A stretch of DNA of 64,000 bases, taken from NCBI RefSeq assembly GCF_009914755.1, contig NC_060944.1. One strand, written 5' to 3'. Below are positions 1-13,849 of the stretch, one piece after another. The DNA is from the human T2T-CHM13v2.0 reference genome, Homo sapiens. How positions within the stretch are numbered: position 1 is the first letter of the stretch; every line of letters begins with the position of its first letter. The position numbers and the translations under genes are program-made. The notes under the pieces are model-generated. The model made no database searches. It saw only the letters and a list, made by a program, of their open reading frames with translations, and was not told where the DNA came from.

Positions 1-3000
1 GGAATCAACCCGACTGGACTGGAATGGAATGGAAGGTAATGGAATGAAATGGAGTCAAACCGACTGGAATGGAATGGAATGGAATGCAATGGAATCAACT
101 CGAATGGAATGGAATGGAATGGAATGGAATGGAATGGAATGGAATGGAATGGAATGAAATGGATTGGAATGGAATGGAATGGATTCAGTGTGAGAGGAAT
201 GGAATGGAAGGGAGTGGAATGGAATAGAACGAAATGGAATAGAATGGTTTGGAATGCAATGGAATGGATTGAAATGGAATGGAAAGGAATAAAATCAAGT
301 GAAATTGGATGGAATGGATTGGAAAGGAATGGAATGGAATGGAATGGAATGGAATGGAATGGAATCCACCCAAGTGCAATGGAATGGATTTGAATGGATT
401 GGAATGGAATGGAATGGAATGGAATGGACTTCACACGAGTGCAATGGAATGGAATGGAATGGAACCAACCAGAGTGGAATGGAATGGAATGGAAACTAAT
501 GGAATGGAATGGAATGGAATCACAGCGAGTGGAATGGAATGGAATGCAATGAAATGGTTTGGAATGGTGTGGAATGGAATGGAATGGAATGCAATGGAAT
601 GGAATCAAAGCGAGTGGAATGGAATGGAATGAAATGGAATGGAATGGAATCAACACGAGTGGAATGGAAGGGAATGGAATGGGATGGGATGGAATGGAAT
701 GGAATGCAATGCAATGGAATCAACCCGAGTAGAATGGAAAGGAATGGAATGGAAGGGAATGGAATGGAATGGAATGGAATGGAATAGAATGGAATGGAAT
801 GCAATGGAATCCAAGCGATTAGAATGGAAAGGAATGGCATGGAATGGAATGGAATGGAATGGAATGGAATGGAATGGAATACAAGGGAATGGAATGGAAT
901 GGAGTCAACTGGAATGGAATGGAATGGAACCAACACGAGTGGAATGAAATGGAAAGGAGCGGAATGGACAGGAAAAGAATGGAAAGGAACTGAATGTAAT
1001 GGAATCGAATGGAGTGGAATTGAATGGAATGAAATGGAATCAATGTGAGTGAAATGGAATGGTATGGAACGGAATGGATGGGAATGGAATGGAATGGAAT
1101 GGAATGGAATGCAATGGAATCAATGAGAGTGCAAAGGAATGGAATGGAATGGGGCAAATAAAATGGAATTTATTTGAATGGAATGGAATCAACTGGAATT
1201 GAATGGAATGGAATGGAATGGAATGGAATGGAATGGAATGGAATAGAAAGCCATGGAATGGAATGGAATGGAATGCCATGGAATGGAATGGAATGGAATT
1301 AACAAGAATGGAAAGGAATGGAATGGAATGGAATGGAATGGAATGGAATGGAATGGAATGGAGAGGAGGCAAACCGAGTGGAATGGAATGGATTGCAATG
1401 GAATGGAAAGGAATGGAATGGAATGGAATGGAATGCAACGGAATGGAGTGGAATGGAATGGAATGCAATGCAATGGAAAGGAATGCAATGGAATCAAAAC
1501 GAGTGGAATGGAATGGAATGGAAAGGAATGGAATGGAATTCAATAGAATCAACGCGAGTGGAATGGAATGCAAAGGAATGGAATGGAATGGAATGGAATG
1601 GAATGGAATGGAATGGAATGGAATGGAATGAAATGGATTGGAATCAACCCGCATGGAATGTAGTGGATTCGAATGGAATGGAATCAACCCGATAGGAATG
1701 GAATGAAATAGAATGGAATGAAATGGAATGGAATGCAATGGAATTGAATGGAAAGGAATGGAGTCAAACTTAATGGAATGGAAGAGAATGGAATGGAAAG
1801 GAATGGAATGGAGTGGAATGCAATGGAATCAACCCGACTGGACTGGAATGGAATGGAAGGTAATGGAATGAAATGGAGTCAAACCGACTGGAATGGAATG
1901 GAATGGAATGGAATGGAATGGATTGGAATGGAATGGAATGGATTCAGTGTGAGAGGAATGGAATGGAAGGGAGTGGAATGGAATAGAACGAAATGGAATT
2001 GAATGGAATGGAATGTAATGGAATGGATTGAAATGGAATGGAAAGGAATAAAGTCAAGTGAAATTGGATGAAATGGATTGGAATGGAATGGAATGGAATG
2101 GAATGGAATGGAATGGAATCCACCCAAGTGCAATGGAATGGATTTGAATGGATTGGAATGGAATGGAATGGAATGGAATGGAATGGACTTCACACGAGTG
2201 CAATGGAATGGAATGGAATGGAACCAACCAGAGTGGAATGGAATGGAATGGAAATTAATGGAATGGAATGGAATGGAATCAACCCGAGTGGAATGGAATG
2301 GAATGCAATGAAATGGTTTGGAATGGTGTGGAATGGAATGGAATGGAATGCAATAGAATGGAATCAAAGCGAGTGGAATGGAATGGAATGAAATGGAATG
2401 GAATGGAATCAACAAGAGTGGAATGGAAGGGAATGGAATGGGATGGGATGGAATGGAATGGAATGCAATGCAATGGAATCAACCCGAGTAGAATGGAAAG
2501 GAATGTAATGGAAGGGAATGGAATGGAATGGAGTGGAATGGAATGGAATGGATTGGAATGGAATGCAATGGAATCCAAGCGATTAGAATGGAAAGGAATG
2601 GCATGGAATGGAATGGAATGGAATGGAATGGAATGGAATGGAATGGAATACAAGGGAATGGAATGGAATGGAGTCAACTGGAATGGAATGGAATGGAACC
2701 AACACGAGTGGAATGAAATGGAAAGGAGCGGAATGGACAGGAAAGGAATGGAAAGGAACTGAATGTAATGGAATCGAATGGAGTGGAATTGAATGGAATG
2801 AAATGGAATCAATGTGAGTGAAATGGAATGGTATGGAACGGATTGGATGGGAATGGAATGGAATGGAATGGAATGGAATGCAATGGAATCAATGAGAGTG
2901 TAAAGAAATGGAATGGAATGGAGCAAATAAAATGGAATTTATTTGAATGGAATGGAATCAACTGGAATGGAATGGAATGGAATGGAATGGAATGGAATAG

Positions 3001-3273
3001 AATGCCATGGAATGGAATGGAATGGAATGCCATGGAATGGAATGGAATGGAATGCCATGGAATGGAATGGAATGGAATTAACAAGAATGGAAAGGAATGG
3101 AATGGAATGGAATGGAATGGAATGGAGAGGAGGCAAACCGAGTGGAATGGAATGGATTGCAATGGAATGGAAAGGAATGGAATGGAATGGAATGGAATGG
3201 AATGCAACGGAATGGAGTGGAATGGAATGGAATGGAATGGAATGGAATGGAATGGAATGGAATGGAATGGAAT

Positions 3274-6200
3274 CAATTATATTAGAATGGAATGGAATGA
3301 AATGGAATGCAATGGAATGGAAAGGAATGCAATCAACACGTGGTAATGGAATGCAAAGGAATGGAATAGAACGGAATGGAATCAACAAAAGTGGAATGGA
3401 AGGGAATGGAATAGAATGGAATGGAATGGAATGGATTGGAATGCAATGGAGTCAACCCAAATGGAATCGAATGGAATGGAATGAAATGGAAGGGAACGAA
3501 ATGGAATGGAATGGCATGGAATGGAATGGGATGGAATGGAATTAAAGCGAGTGGAGTGGAATGGATTTGAATGGAATGGAATGGAATAAATTGCAATGGA
3601 ATGGAATGGAATGCAATGGAATGGAATCAACCCGTCTGGAATGGAATGGAATGGAAAGGAATGGAAAGAAAGGCAATGGAATGGAATCAACTGGAATGGA
3701 ATGGAATGGATTGGAATCAAACCGAGTGGAATGGAATGGAATGGCATGAAATGGAATGGAATGGAATGGAATGAAATCAACCTGAGTGGAATGGAATGGA
3801 ATGGAATGGCATGGAATAGAATGGAATGGAGTGGATGAGAATCAATCTGAGTGGAATGCAAAGGAATGGAATTGAATGCAATGGAATGCAATGGAATGGA
3901 ATAGAATGAACCAGAGTGGAATTGAGTGGAATTGACCAGAATGGAATGGAATGGAATGTAATGGAACGGAATGGAATAAACCCGATTCGAATGCAATCGA
4001 ATGGAATGGAATCGAATGGAATGCAATGGCATTGAATGGCATCAACAAGAGTGGAATGCAATGGAATGGAATGGATTGGAATGGAATGGAATCCACACGA
4101 GAGGAATGTAATGGAAAGGAATGGAAAGGAGTGGAATCAACCCGAGTCGAAAGGAATGCTATGGAATGAAATGGAATGGAATGGAATGGAATGGTACGGA
4201 ATGGAATGGAATGGAATGGAAAGGAAAGGAATGCAGTTGAATCAAAACGAGTGGAATGGAATGGAATGGAAAGGAATGGAATGGAATTCAATAGAATCAA
4301 CCCGAGTGGAATGGAAAGGAAAGGAATTTAATGGAATGGAAAGGAATGGAATGGAATACAATCCAGTGTACAGGAATGGAATGGAATGGAATGGAATGGA
4401 ATAGAATGGAATAAATTCGAGTGGAATGGAATGGAATGCAATGTAATATGATGGAAAGGAATAGAATCCACCTGAATGGAATGGAATGGAATGGAATGGA
4501 ATGGAATGGATTGGAATGGAATCAACGCGAGTGGAATGGAAAGGAATAGAATGGAATGGAATTAAATGGAATTGAATGGAAAGGAATGGAATGGAATGGA
4601 ATGGAACGGAATCGAATGGAATGGAATGGAATGGAAAGGAATGGAATCAACCCGAGTGGAATGGAATGGAATGGAATGCAATGTAAAGGAATGGAATAAA
4701 CCCAAGTGGAATGCAATGGAATGGAATGGAATGGAATGGAATGGAATGGATTGGAATCAACAATGCGTGGAATGTATTGCATTTGAATAGAATGGAATGA
4801 ACCTGAGAGGAATGGAATGGAATGCAATGGAATGGAATGGAATGGAATGGAATGGAATGGAATGGAATGGAAGGGAATGGAGTGGAATGGAATGGGATGG
4901 AATGCAATGAACCCTAGTGGAATGGAATGGAATGGAATGGAATGGAAGGGAAGGGAATCGAATGGAATGGAACGGAATCAAGCCGAGTGGAATGGAATGG
5001 AATGGAATAGAATCAACCTGAGTGGAATGGAATGGAATGCAATGAAGTGGTATGAAATGTTTGGAATGGAATGGAATGGACTCAAAACGAGTGGAATGGA
5101 ATGGAATGGAAATGAATGGAATGGAATGGAATGGAAACAACCCGAGTGGAATGGAATGGAATGCAATAGAATGGTATGGAATGGAACGGAATAGAATGGA
5201 ATAGAATGGAATCAAAACGAGTGTAATGGAATGGAATGGAATGGAATGGATTGGAAACAAACCGAGTGGAATGGAATGCAATGGAATGGAATGGAATGGA
5301 ATGCAATGGCATGGAATGGAATGGAATGAAATGGAATGGAATGGCATGGAATGGAATGGAATGGAATGGAATGGAATGGAATGGAATGGAATGGATTGGA
5401 ATGCGTTGGAATGGAATCGAATGGAATCAACTGGAATGGAAGGGAATGGAATGGAATGGAATCAGTTAGATTGGAATGGCATGGAATGGAATGGAATGCA
5501 ATGCAATGTAATGGAATGGAATCAACCCGTGTGGAATGTAGTGCAAAGGAATGGAATGGAATGGAATCAACCAAAGTGGAATGGAACGGAATGGAATAGA
5601 ATGGAAGGGAATGGAATGGAATGCAATGGAGTCAACCCAAATGGAATCGAATGGAATGAAATGCAATGGAATGGAATGAAATGGAATCGAATGGAATGGA
5701 ATGAAATGGAATGGAATGCAATGGAATGAAATGAGTTAGGATGGAATGGAATTAAAACGAGTGGAGTGGAATGGAATGGAATGGAATGGAATGGAATAAA
5801 TTAGAATGGAATGGAAAGCAATACCATGGAACGGAATCAACCCCTGTGGAATGGAATAGAATGGAATGGAATGGAATGGAATGGAATGGCATGGAAAGCA
5901 ATTGAATGGAATGGAATCAACCAGAGTGCAATGGAGTGGAATGGAATGGAATGGAATGGAATCAACCCGAGTGAAATGGAATGGAAAGTTACGGAATGGA
6001 ATGGAATGGAATGGAATAGAATGGAATGCAATGTTATGGAATTAACCCGAGTAGAATGGCATGGAATGGAATGGAATGGAATGGAATGCAATGGAATGGA
6101 ATGGAATGGAATGGAATGCATTTCAATGGAATGGAATGGAATGGAATGGAATGTAGTCAACGCGAGTGGAATGGATTGGAATGGAATGGAAGGGAATGGA

Positions 6201-7555
6201 ATGGAATGGAATCATCCCGAGTGGAATGGATTGGAGTGGAATGGAATGGAATGGCTAGGAACGGAATGGAATGGAGTGGAATGGAATGGAGTGGAATAGA
6301 ATGGAATTCAATGGATAGGTATGGAAGGGAATCAAGTGGAATGGAATGGCATGGAAGAGAATGGAAGGAATGGAAAGGAATCAAGCCGAGTGGAATCGAA
6401 AGGAATGGAATGGAATTGAATGGAATGGAACGGAATTGACAAAACCCGATTGGAATGCAATGGAATGGAATGGAATGAAATGGAATGGAAAGGAATGGAA
6501 TGGAATCCAAGCGATGGGAAAGGAATGCAATGGAATGAAATGGAATGGAATCCACCCGAGTGAAATGGAATGGAATGGAATGGAGTGGAATCAACCCAAG
6601 TGGAATGGAATCAAATTGAATGGAATGGATTGGAATGGAATGGAATGGAATTACCCCGAGTGAAATGGCATGGAAAGGAACGGAATAGAATTTAATGGAA
6701 TAGAATGGAATGGAATGGAATCAACCCGAGTGGAATTGAATGGAATGAAATGGAATGCAATGTAATGGAATGGAACCAATAAGAGTGGAATGGATTGGAA
6801 TGGAATGGAATGGAATGAAAGGGAATGGAAAAAACCTGAGTGGAATGGAATGGAATGGAATGAAATGGAATGGAATGGAATGGAATGGAAAAGAATGGAA
6901 TGGAATAGAATACACCAGAGTGGAATGGAATAGAATGGAATGGAATGGACTGGAATCAACCCCAGTGGAATGGAATGGAATGGAATGGAATGGAATGGAA
7001 TGGAATGGAATGGATTGGAATCAAACCGAGTGGAATGGAATGGAATGCAATGGAATGGAATGGAATGGAATGGAATGGGATGGAATGGAATCAAACCGAG
7101 TGGAGTGGAATGGAATTGAATGGAATAGAATGGAGTAAATTGGAATGGAAAGGAATGGAATGGAATGAAATGGAATGGAATGGAATAGAATCAACCACAA
7201 TGGAATGGAATTGAATGGAATGGAATGGAATGGAATGGAATGGAATGGAATGGAATGGAATCAACCCCAGTGGAATGGAATTTAATTGAATGGAATGGAA
7301 TGGAATGAACCCGAGTGGAATGGAATGGAATGGAATTGAATGGAATTAACCCCAGTGAAATGGAATGGAAAGGAACGGAATGGAATTTAAAGGAATGGAA
7401 TGGAATGCAATGGAATGGAATCAACTTGAGTGGAATGGAATGAAATGGAATGCAATGGAAAGCAATGGAATTGAATGGAATCAACCAGAGTTGAATGGAA
7501 TTGAATGGAATGGAATGGAAGGTAATCAACCCAAATGGAATGGAATGGAATTGAA
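3274..7555 (+). repeat. Block B1 (~4.3 kb), paralog of B2 at 16705-20875
   Basis: Shared ordered landmarks: CAATTATATT (3274/16705), GGATGAGAATCAATCTGAG, CAATGCGTGGAATGTATTGCATTTG (4761/18211), GGCTAGGAACGG (6253/19593), TTGACAAAACCCGAT and CCAATAAGAG (6776/20141). Confidence 0.88.
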
Positions 7556-8159
7556 TTGAATGCAATTACCCCGAGTGAAATGGCATGGAAAGGAAAGGAA
7601 TAGAATTTAATGGAATGGAATGCAATGGAATGGAATCAACCCGAGTGGAATGGAATGGAATGGAGTGGAATGGAATGCAACGGAATGGAACCAATAAGAG
7701 TGGAATGGATTGGAAAGGAATAGAATGGAATGAAAGGGAATGGAATCAACCCGAGTGGAATGGAATGGAATGGATTGGAGTGGAATGGAATACACCAGAG
7801 TGGAATGGAATAGAATGGAATGAAATGGTGTGGAATCAACCCCAGTGGAATGCAATGGAATGGAATGGAATGAAATGGAATGGAATGGAATCGAATGGAT
7901 TGGAATCAAACGGAGAGAATGGAATGGAATGGAATGGAATGGAATGGAATGGAATGGAATGGAATGGAATAGAATGGAATGGAATGGAAAGGAATGGAAT
8001 GGAATGAAATCAACCCGAGTGCAATGGAATGGAATAGAATGGGATGGATCTGAATAGAATGGATTGGATTGGAATCAATCTGAGTGGAATGGAATGGAAT
8101 GGAATTGAAGAGAATGAAATGGAATGGAATAGAATGGAATGGAATGGAATGGAATGGAA

Positions 8160-8600
8160 AGGAATGCAAGGACATGGAATGGAATGGAGTCAACTGGAAT
8201 GGAATGGAATAGAATGGATTAGAATGGAATCAACACTAGTGGAATGAAATGGAAAGGAAAGTAATGGAAAGGAATGGAATGGAAAGGAACTGAATGTAAT
8301 GTAATAGAATGGAGTGGAATGGAATCAATGTGAGTGTAAAGGAATAGAATGGAACGGAATGGAATGGAATGGAATGGAATGGAATGGAATGGAATCAACG
8401 CGATTGTAATGGAATGGAAAGGAATGGAGTAAATAGAATGGAATTGATTTGAATAGAATGGAATCAACTGGAATGGAATGAAATGGAATGGAATCGAATG
8501 CCATGGAATGGAATGCAATGGAATCAACAAGAATGGAAAGGAATGGAATCGAATGGAATGGAATGCAGTTAAGGCAAACCGAGTGGAATGGAATGGAATG
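8160..8600 (+). repeat. Block A': older, diverged partial paralog of the 3' half of block A
   Basis: GGAGTCAACTGG, CAACACTAGTGGAATGAAATGGAAAGG, GGAACTGAATGTAAT, CAATGTGAGTG, GGAGTAAATAGAAT (same 1-bp phase break as GGAGCAAATAAAAT), GCCATGG and AGGCAAACCGAG occur in block-A order. Confidence 0.75.
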
Positions 8601-11428
8601 GAATGGAATCGAATGGAATGGAATCAACCCGAGTGGAATGGAATGGAATGCAATGGAATGGAAGGGAATGAAATGGAATAGAATAGAAAGGAATGGAATG
8701 GAATGGAATGGAATGGAATGGAATGGAATGGAATGGAATGGAAGTGAATAGAGTGGAATGGAATGGAATGGAATGGAATGGAATGGAGTGGAATGGAATG
8801 TAATCAATACAAGTGAAATTAAATGGAATAGAATGGAATGGAATGGAGTGGAATGGAACGGAATTGATATGAATGGAATGGAATCTACCAGAGTTGAATG
8901 GAATGGAATGGAATGGAATGGAATGGAATGGAATGGAATGGAATCAACCCAAGTGGAATGGAATGCAATGGATTTGAATGGAATTACCCCGAGAGAAATG
9001 GAATGGAAAGGAACGGAATAGAATTTAATGGAATGGAATGGAATGGAATGGAATGGAATCAACCCGAGTGGAATGGAATGGATTGGAATGGAATGGAATG
9101 GAATCCACCAGAGGGGAACGGAATGGAATGGAATGGAATGGAATGGAATGGAATGGAATGGAATGGAATGGAATGGAATGGAGTGGAATCAACCTAAGTG
9201 GAATGGAATGGAATGGAATGGAATGGAATGGAATGGAATGGAATGGAATGGAATGGTATGGAATGGAATGGAATGGAATGGAATTTAATGGATTGGAATC
9301 AAACCGAGTGGAATGGAATGGAATGGAATGGAATGGCATGGCATGGAATAGAATGGAATGGAGTGGAATACAATCAATCTGAGTGGAATGGAAAGGAATG
9401 GAAAGGAATGGAATTGAATGGAATGGATTGGAATGGAATAGAATAGAGTCAACCAGAGTGGAATGGAGTGGAATGGACCGGAATGGAATGGAATGGAATA
9501 AACCCGATTAGAATGCAATGGAAGGGAATATAATCGAATGGAATGGAATGGCATTGAATGGGATCAACACCAGTGGAATGGAGTAGAATGGAATGGATTG
9601 GAATGGAATGGAATCCACCCGAGAGGAATGTATTGCAAAGGAATGGAATGGAGTGGAATCAACCTGAGTCGAATGGAATGTTATGGAATGAAATGGAATG
9701 GAATGGAATGGTATGGAATGGAATGAAATGGAATGGAATGGAAAGGAAAGGAATGCCATAGAATCAAAACGAGTGGAATGGAATGGAATGGAAAGGAATG
9801 GAATGGAATTCATTAGAATCAACCCGAGTGGAATGGAATGGAAAGGAATTGAATGGAATAGAATGGAATGGAATCCAATCAAGTGTAAAGGAATGGAATG
9901 GAATGGAATGGAATGGAAAGGAATGGAATGGAATGGAATGGAATGTACAGGAATGGAATAAATCCGATTGGAATGGAATGGAATGCAATGTAATATGATG
10001 GAAAGGAATGGAATACACCCGAATGGAATGACAAGGAATGGAATGTAATGGAATGGTATGGATTGGAATGGAATCAACACAAGTGGAATGGAAAGGAATG
10101 GAATGGAATGGAATGGAATCGAATGGAATGGAATGGAATTGATTGGAATCAACCCGCGTAGAATGCAGAGGATTCGAATAGAAAGGAATGAACCCGAGAG
10201 GAATGGAACGGAATGGAAAGGAAGGGAACGGAATGGAATGGAGTGGAATGGAATGGGATGGAACGGAATGAACTGTAGTGGAATGCAACGGAATGGAAAG
10301 GAATGGAATAGAATGGAATGGAATGGAATGGAATGGAATGGAATGGAATGGAATGGAATGGAATGGAATGCAATGGAATGGAATGAAATGAAATGGAACG
10401 GAATCAACCCGAGTGGAATGGAATGGAATGGAATGGAATCAAACTGAGAGGAATGGAATGGAATGCAATGAAATGGTATGGAATTGTTGGAATGGAATGG
10501 AATGGACTCAAAACGAGTGGAATGGAATGGAATGGAAATCAATGGAATGGATTGGAATGGAAACAACCCGAGTGGAATGGAATGGAATGCAATGGAATGG
10601 TATGGAATGGTATGGAATGGAATGGAATGGAATGGAATGGAATGGAATGGAATGGAATCAAAACGAATGGAATGGAATGGAATGGAACGGAATGGAATAG
10701 ATTGGAATCCAACCGAGTGGAATATAATGTAATGGAATGGTATGGAATGCAATGGCATAGCATGGAATGCAATGGAATAGAGTGCAATGGAATGAAATGG
10801 AATGGAATTGAATGGAATGGATTCGAATGCGTTCAAATGGAATCGAATGGAATCAAGTGGAATGGAAAGGAATGGAATGGAATGGAATCAATTAGATTGG
10901 AATGGAATGGAATGGAATGGATTGCAATGGAATGTAATGGAAAGGAATCAACCCGTGTGGAATGTAATGGAAAGGAATGCAATGGAATGGAATCAAGAAA
11001 AGTGGAATGGAAGGGAATGGAAAATAATGGAAGGGAAAGGAATGGAATGCAATGGAGTCAACCGAAATTGAATCGAATTGAATGGAATACAATGGAATAG
11101 AATGAAATGGAACGGAATCGTATGGAATGGGATGGGATGGAATGGAATTACACCGAGTGGAGCGGAATGGAATTGAATGGAATGGAATGGAATAAATTGG
11201 AATGGAATGGAATGGAATGCAATGGAATGGAATCAACCCGTGTGGAATGGAATGGAATGGAATGGAGTGGAAAGCAATTGAAAGGAATGCAATCAACCCG
11301 TGTGGAATGGAATGGAATGGAATGGAATGGAGTGGAAAGCAATTGAATGGAATGGAATCAACCAGACTAGAATGGAATTGAATAGAATGGAATGGAATGG
11401 AATCAACCCGAGTGCAATGGAATGGAAT

Positions 11429-13830
11429 GGAAACAACCCGAGTGAAATGGAATGGAAAGCTACGGAATGGAATGATTTGGAATCAAACCGAGTGGAATGG
11501 AATGGAAGGAATGGAATGGAATGGAACGGAATGAAATCAACCCGAATGGAATGGAATGGAATGGAATGGAATGGAATGGAATGGAATGGAATGGAATGGA
11601 ATGGAATGGGATGGAATAGAATGGAATGGAGTGGATTAGAATCAATCTGAATGGAATGGAAAGGAATGAAAAGGAATGCAATTGAATGGAATGGAATGGA
11701 ATGGAATGGAATGGAATTTAATAGAATCAACCAGAGTGGAATGGAGTGGAATGGAACGGAATGGAATGGAATGGAATGGAATAAAACCGAGTAGAATGCA
11801 ATGGAAGGGAATGGAACCAAATGGAATGGAATGGCATTGAATGGGATCAACACGAGTGGAATGGAATGGAATGGAATGGAATGGATTGGATTAGAATTGA
11901 ATGGAATCCACCAGAGTGGAATATAATGGAAAAGAATGGAATGTAGTGGAATCAACCCGAGTGGGATGGAATCGTATAGATTGAAATGGAATGGAATGGA
12001 ATGCTATGGAATGGAATGGAATGGAATGGAAAGGAAAGGAATGCAATGGAATCAAAACGAGTGGAATGGAATGGAATGGAAAGGAATGGAATGGAATTCA
12101 ATAGAATCAACCAGAGTGGAATGGAATGGAAAGGAATTGAATGGAATGGAATTGAATGGAATGGAATCCAATCCAGTGTAAGGAAATGGAATTGAATGGA
12201 ATGGAATGGAATGGAATGGAATGGACTGTAATAAATTCGAGTGGAATGGAATGGAATGCAATTTAATATAATGGAAATCAACGGAATCCAACCGAATGGA
12301 ATGGAAAGGAATGGAATGGAATGGAATGGAATGGAATGGAAAGGAATGGAATGTATTGGAATGGAATCAACTCCAGTGCAATGGAAAGGAATGGAATGGA
12401 ATGGAATGGAATGGAATGGAATGGAATGGAATGGAATGGAATGGAATGGAATGCAATGGAAAGGAATGGAATCAACCCGAGATTAATGGAATGGAATGGA
12501 ATGCAATGGAATGGAATGGAATCAACATGAGTGGAATGCAACAGAATGGAATGGAATGGAATGGAATGAAATGGATTGGAATCAACCCACTTGGAATGCA
12601 GTGGATTCAAATGGAACGGAATCAACACGAGAGGAATGAAATGGAATGGAATGGAATGGAAAGGAATGGAATGGAGTGGAATGGAATGGGATGTAATGGA
12701 ATGGAATGGAATGGGATGGGATGGAATGGAATGGAATGGAATGGAATGGAATGGAACGGAATGGAATGGAATGGAATCAACCCTAGTGGAATGGAACGGA
12801 ATGGAATGGAATGGAATGGAATGGAATGGAATGGAATCAACCTGAGTGGAATGGAATGGAATGCAATGAAATGGTATGGAATGATTGGAATGGAATGGAA
12901 TGGACTCAAAACGAGTGGAATGGAATGGAATGGAAACGAATGGAACGGAAAGGAATGTTAACAAACCGAGTGGAATGGAATGGAAAGCAATGGAATGGCA
13001 TGGAATGGAATGGAATGGAATGGAATGGAATGGAATGGAATGGAACAGAATGGAAAGAAAACGAGTGTAATGGAATGGATTCGAATGGAATGGAATAGAT
13101 TGGAATCAAACAGAGTGGAATGGAATGCAATGAAATGGAATCGAATGCAATGGGATGGAATGCAATGGCATGGAATGGAGTGGAATGGAATGGAATTGAA
13201 TGCATTGGAATGGAGTCGAAAGGAATCAAATGGGATGAAAGGGAATGGAATGGAATGGAATAAATTAGATTGCAATGCAATGGAATGGAATGGAAAGTAA
13301 TGGAATGGAATGGAATGGAATCAACACCTGTGGAATGTAACGCAAACGAATGGAATGGAATGCAATGGAATCAACAAAAGTGGAATGGAAGGGAATGGAA
13401 TAGAATGGAATGGAATGGAATGCAATGCAATGAAGCCAACCCAAGTGGAATAGAATGGAATGGAATTCGATGGAGTGGAATGAAAGGGAATGGAATGGAA
13501 TGGGATGGAATGGAATTAAACTGAACGGAGTGGATTGGAATTGAATGGAATGAAATGGACAGGAATACAATGGAATGGAATCAACCCGTGTCGAATGCAA
13601 TGGAATGGAATGGAATGGAATGGAATGGAACGGAATGGAATGGAAAGCAATTGAATGGAATGGAATCAACCAGAGTGGAATGCAACGGAATGGAATGGAA
13701 TGGAATGGAATGGAATGGAATGGAATGGAATGGAATGGAATCAACCAGAGTGGAATGGAATGGAATGGAATGGAATGGAATGGAATGGAATGGGATCAAC
13801 CAGAGTGAAATGGAATGGAAAATTAAGGAA
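11429..13830 (+). repeat. Block C1 (~2.4 kb), paralog of C2 at ~20876-23210
   Basis: Shared GGAAAGCTACGGAATGGAATGATTTGG, ATCGTATAGATTG, GGACTGTAATAAATTCGAG, GTAACGCAAACG, GAAGCCAACCCAAG and CCCGTGTCGA at an offset of ~9.4 kb. Confidence 0.88.
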
Positions 13831-13849
13831 TGGATTGGAATGGAATGGA

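Noticed and set aside
6776-6785. CCAAT box / AATAA poly(A)-like or TATA-like strings (CCAATAAGAG, GGAATAAAAT, TTTAATATAAT)
   Set aside because: They are one or two substitutions from the satellite consensus and lack any promoter or gene context.
9508-10836. 442-aa minus-strand ORF and all other MEWNG/HSIPF ORFs as protein-coding genes
   Set aside because: Pure GGAAT/ATTCC has no stop codon in any frame. ORF limits change between near-identical HOR copies (442 aa vs 286/355 aa vs 256/225 aa) through 5-bp frame-shifting indels, so there is no coding constraint.
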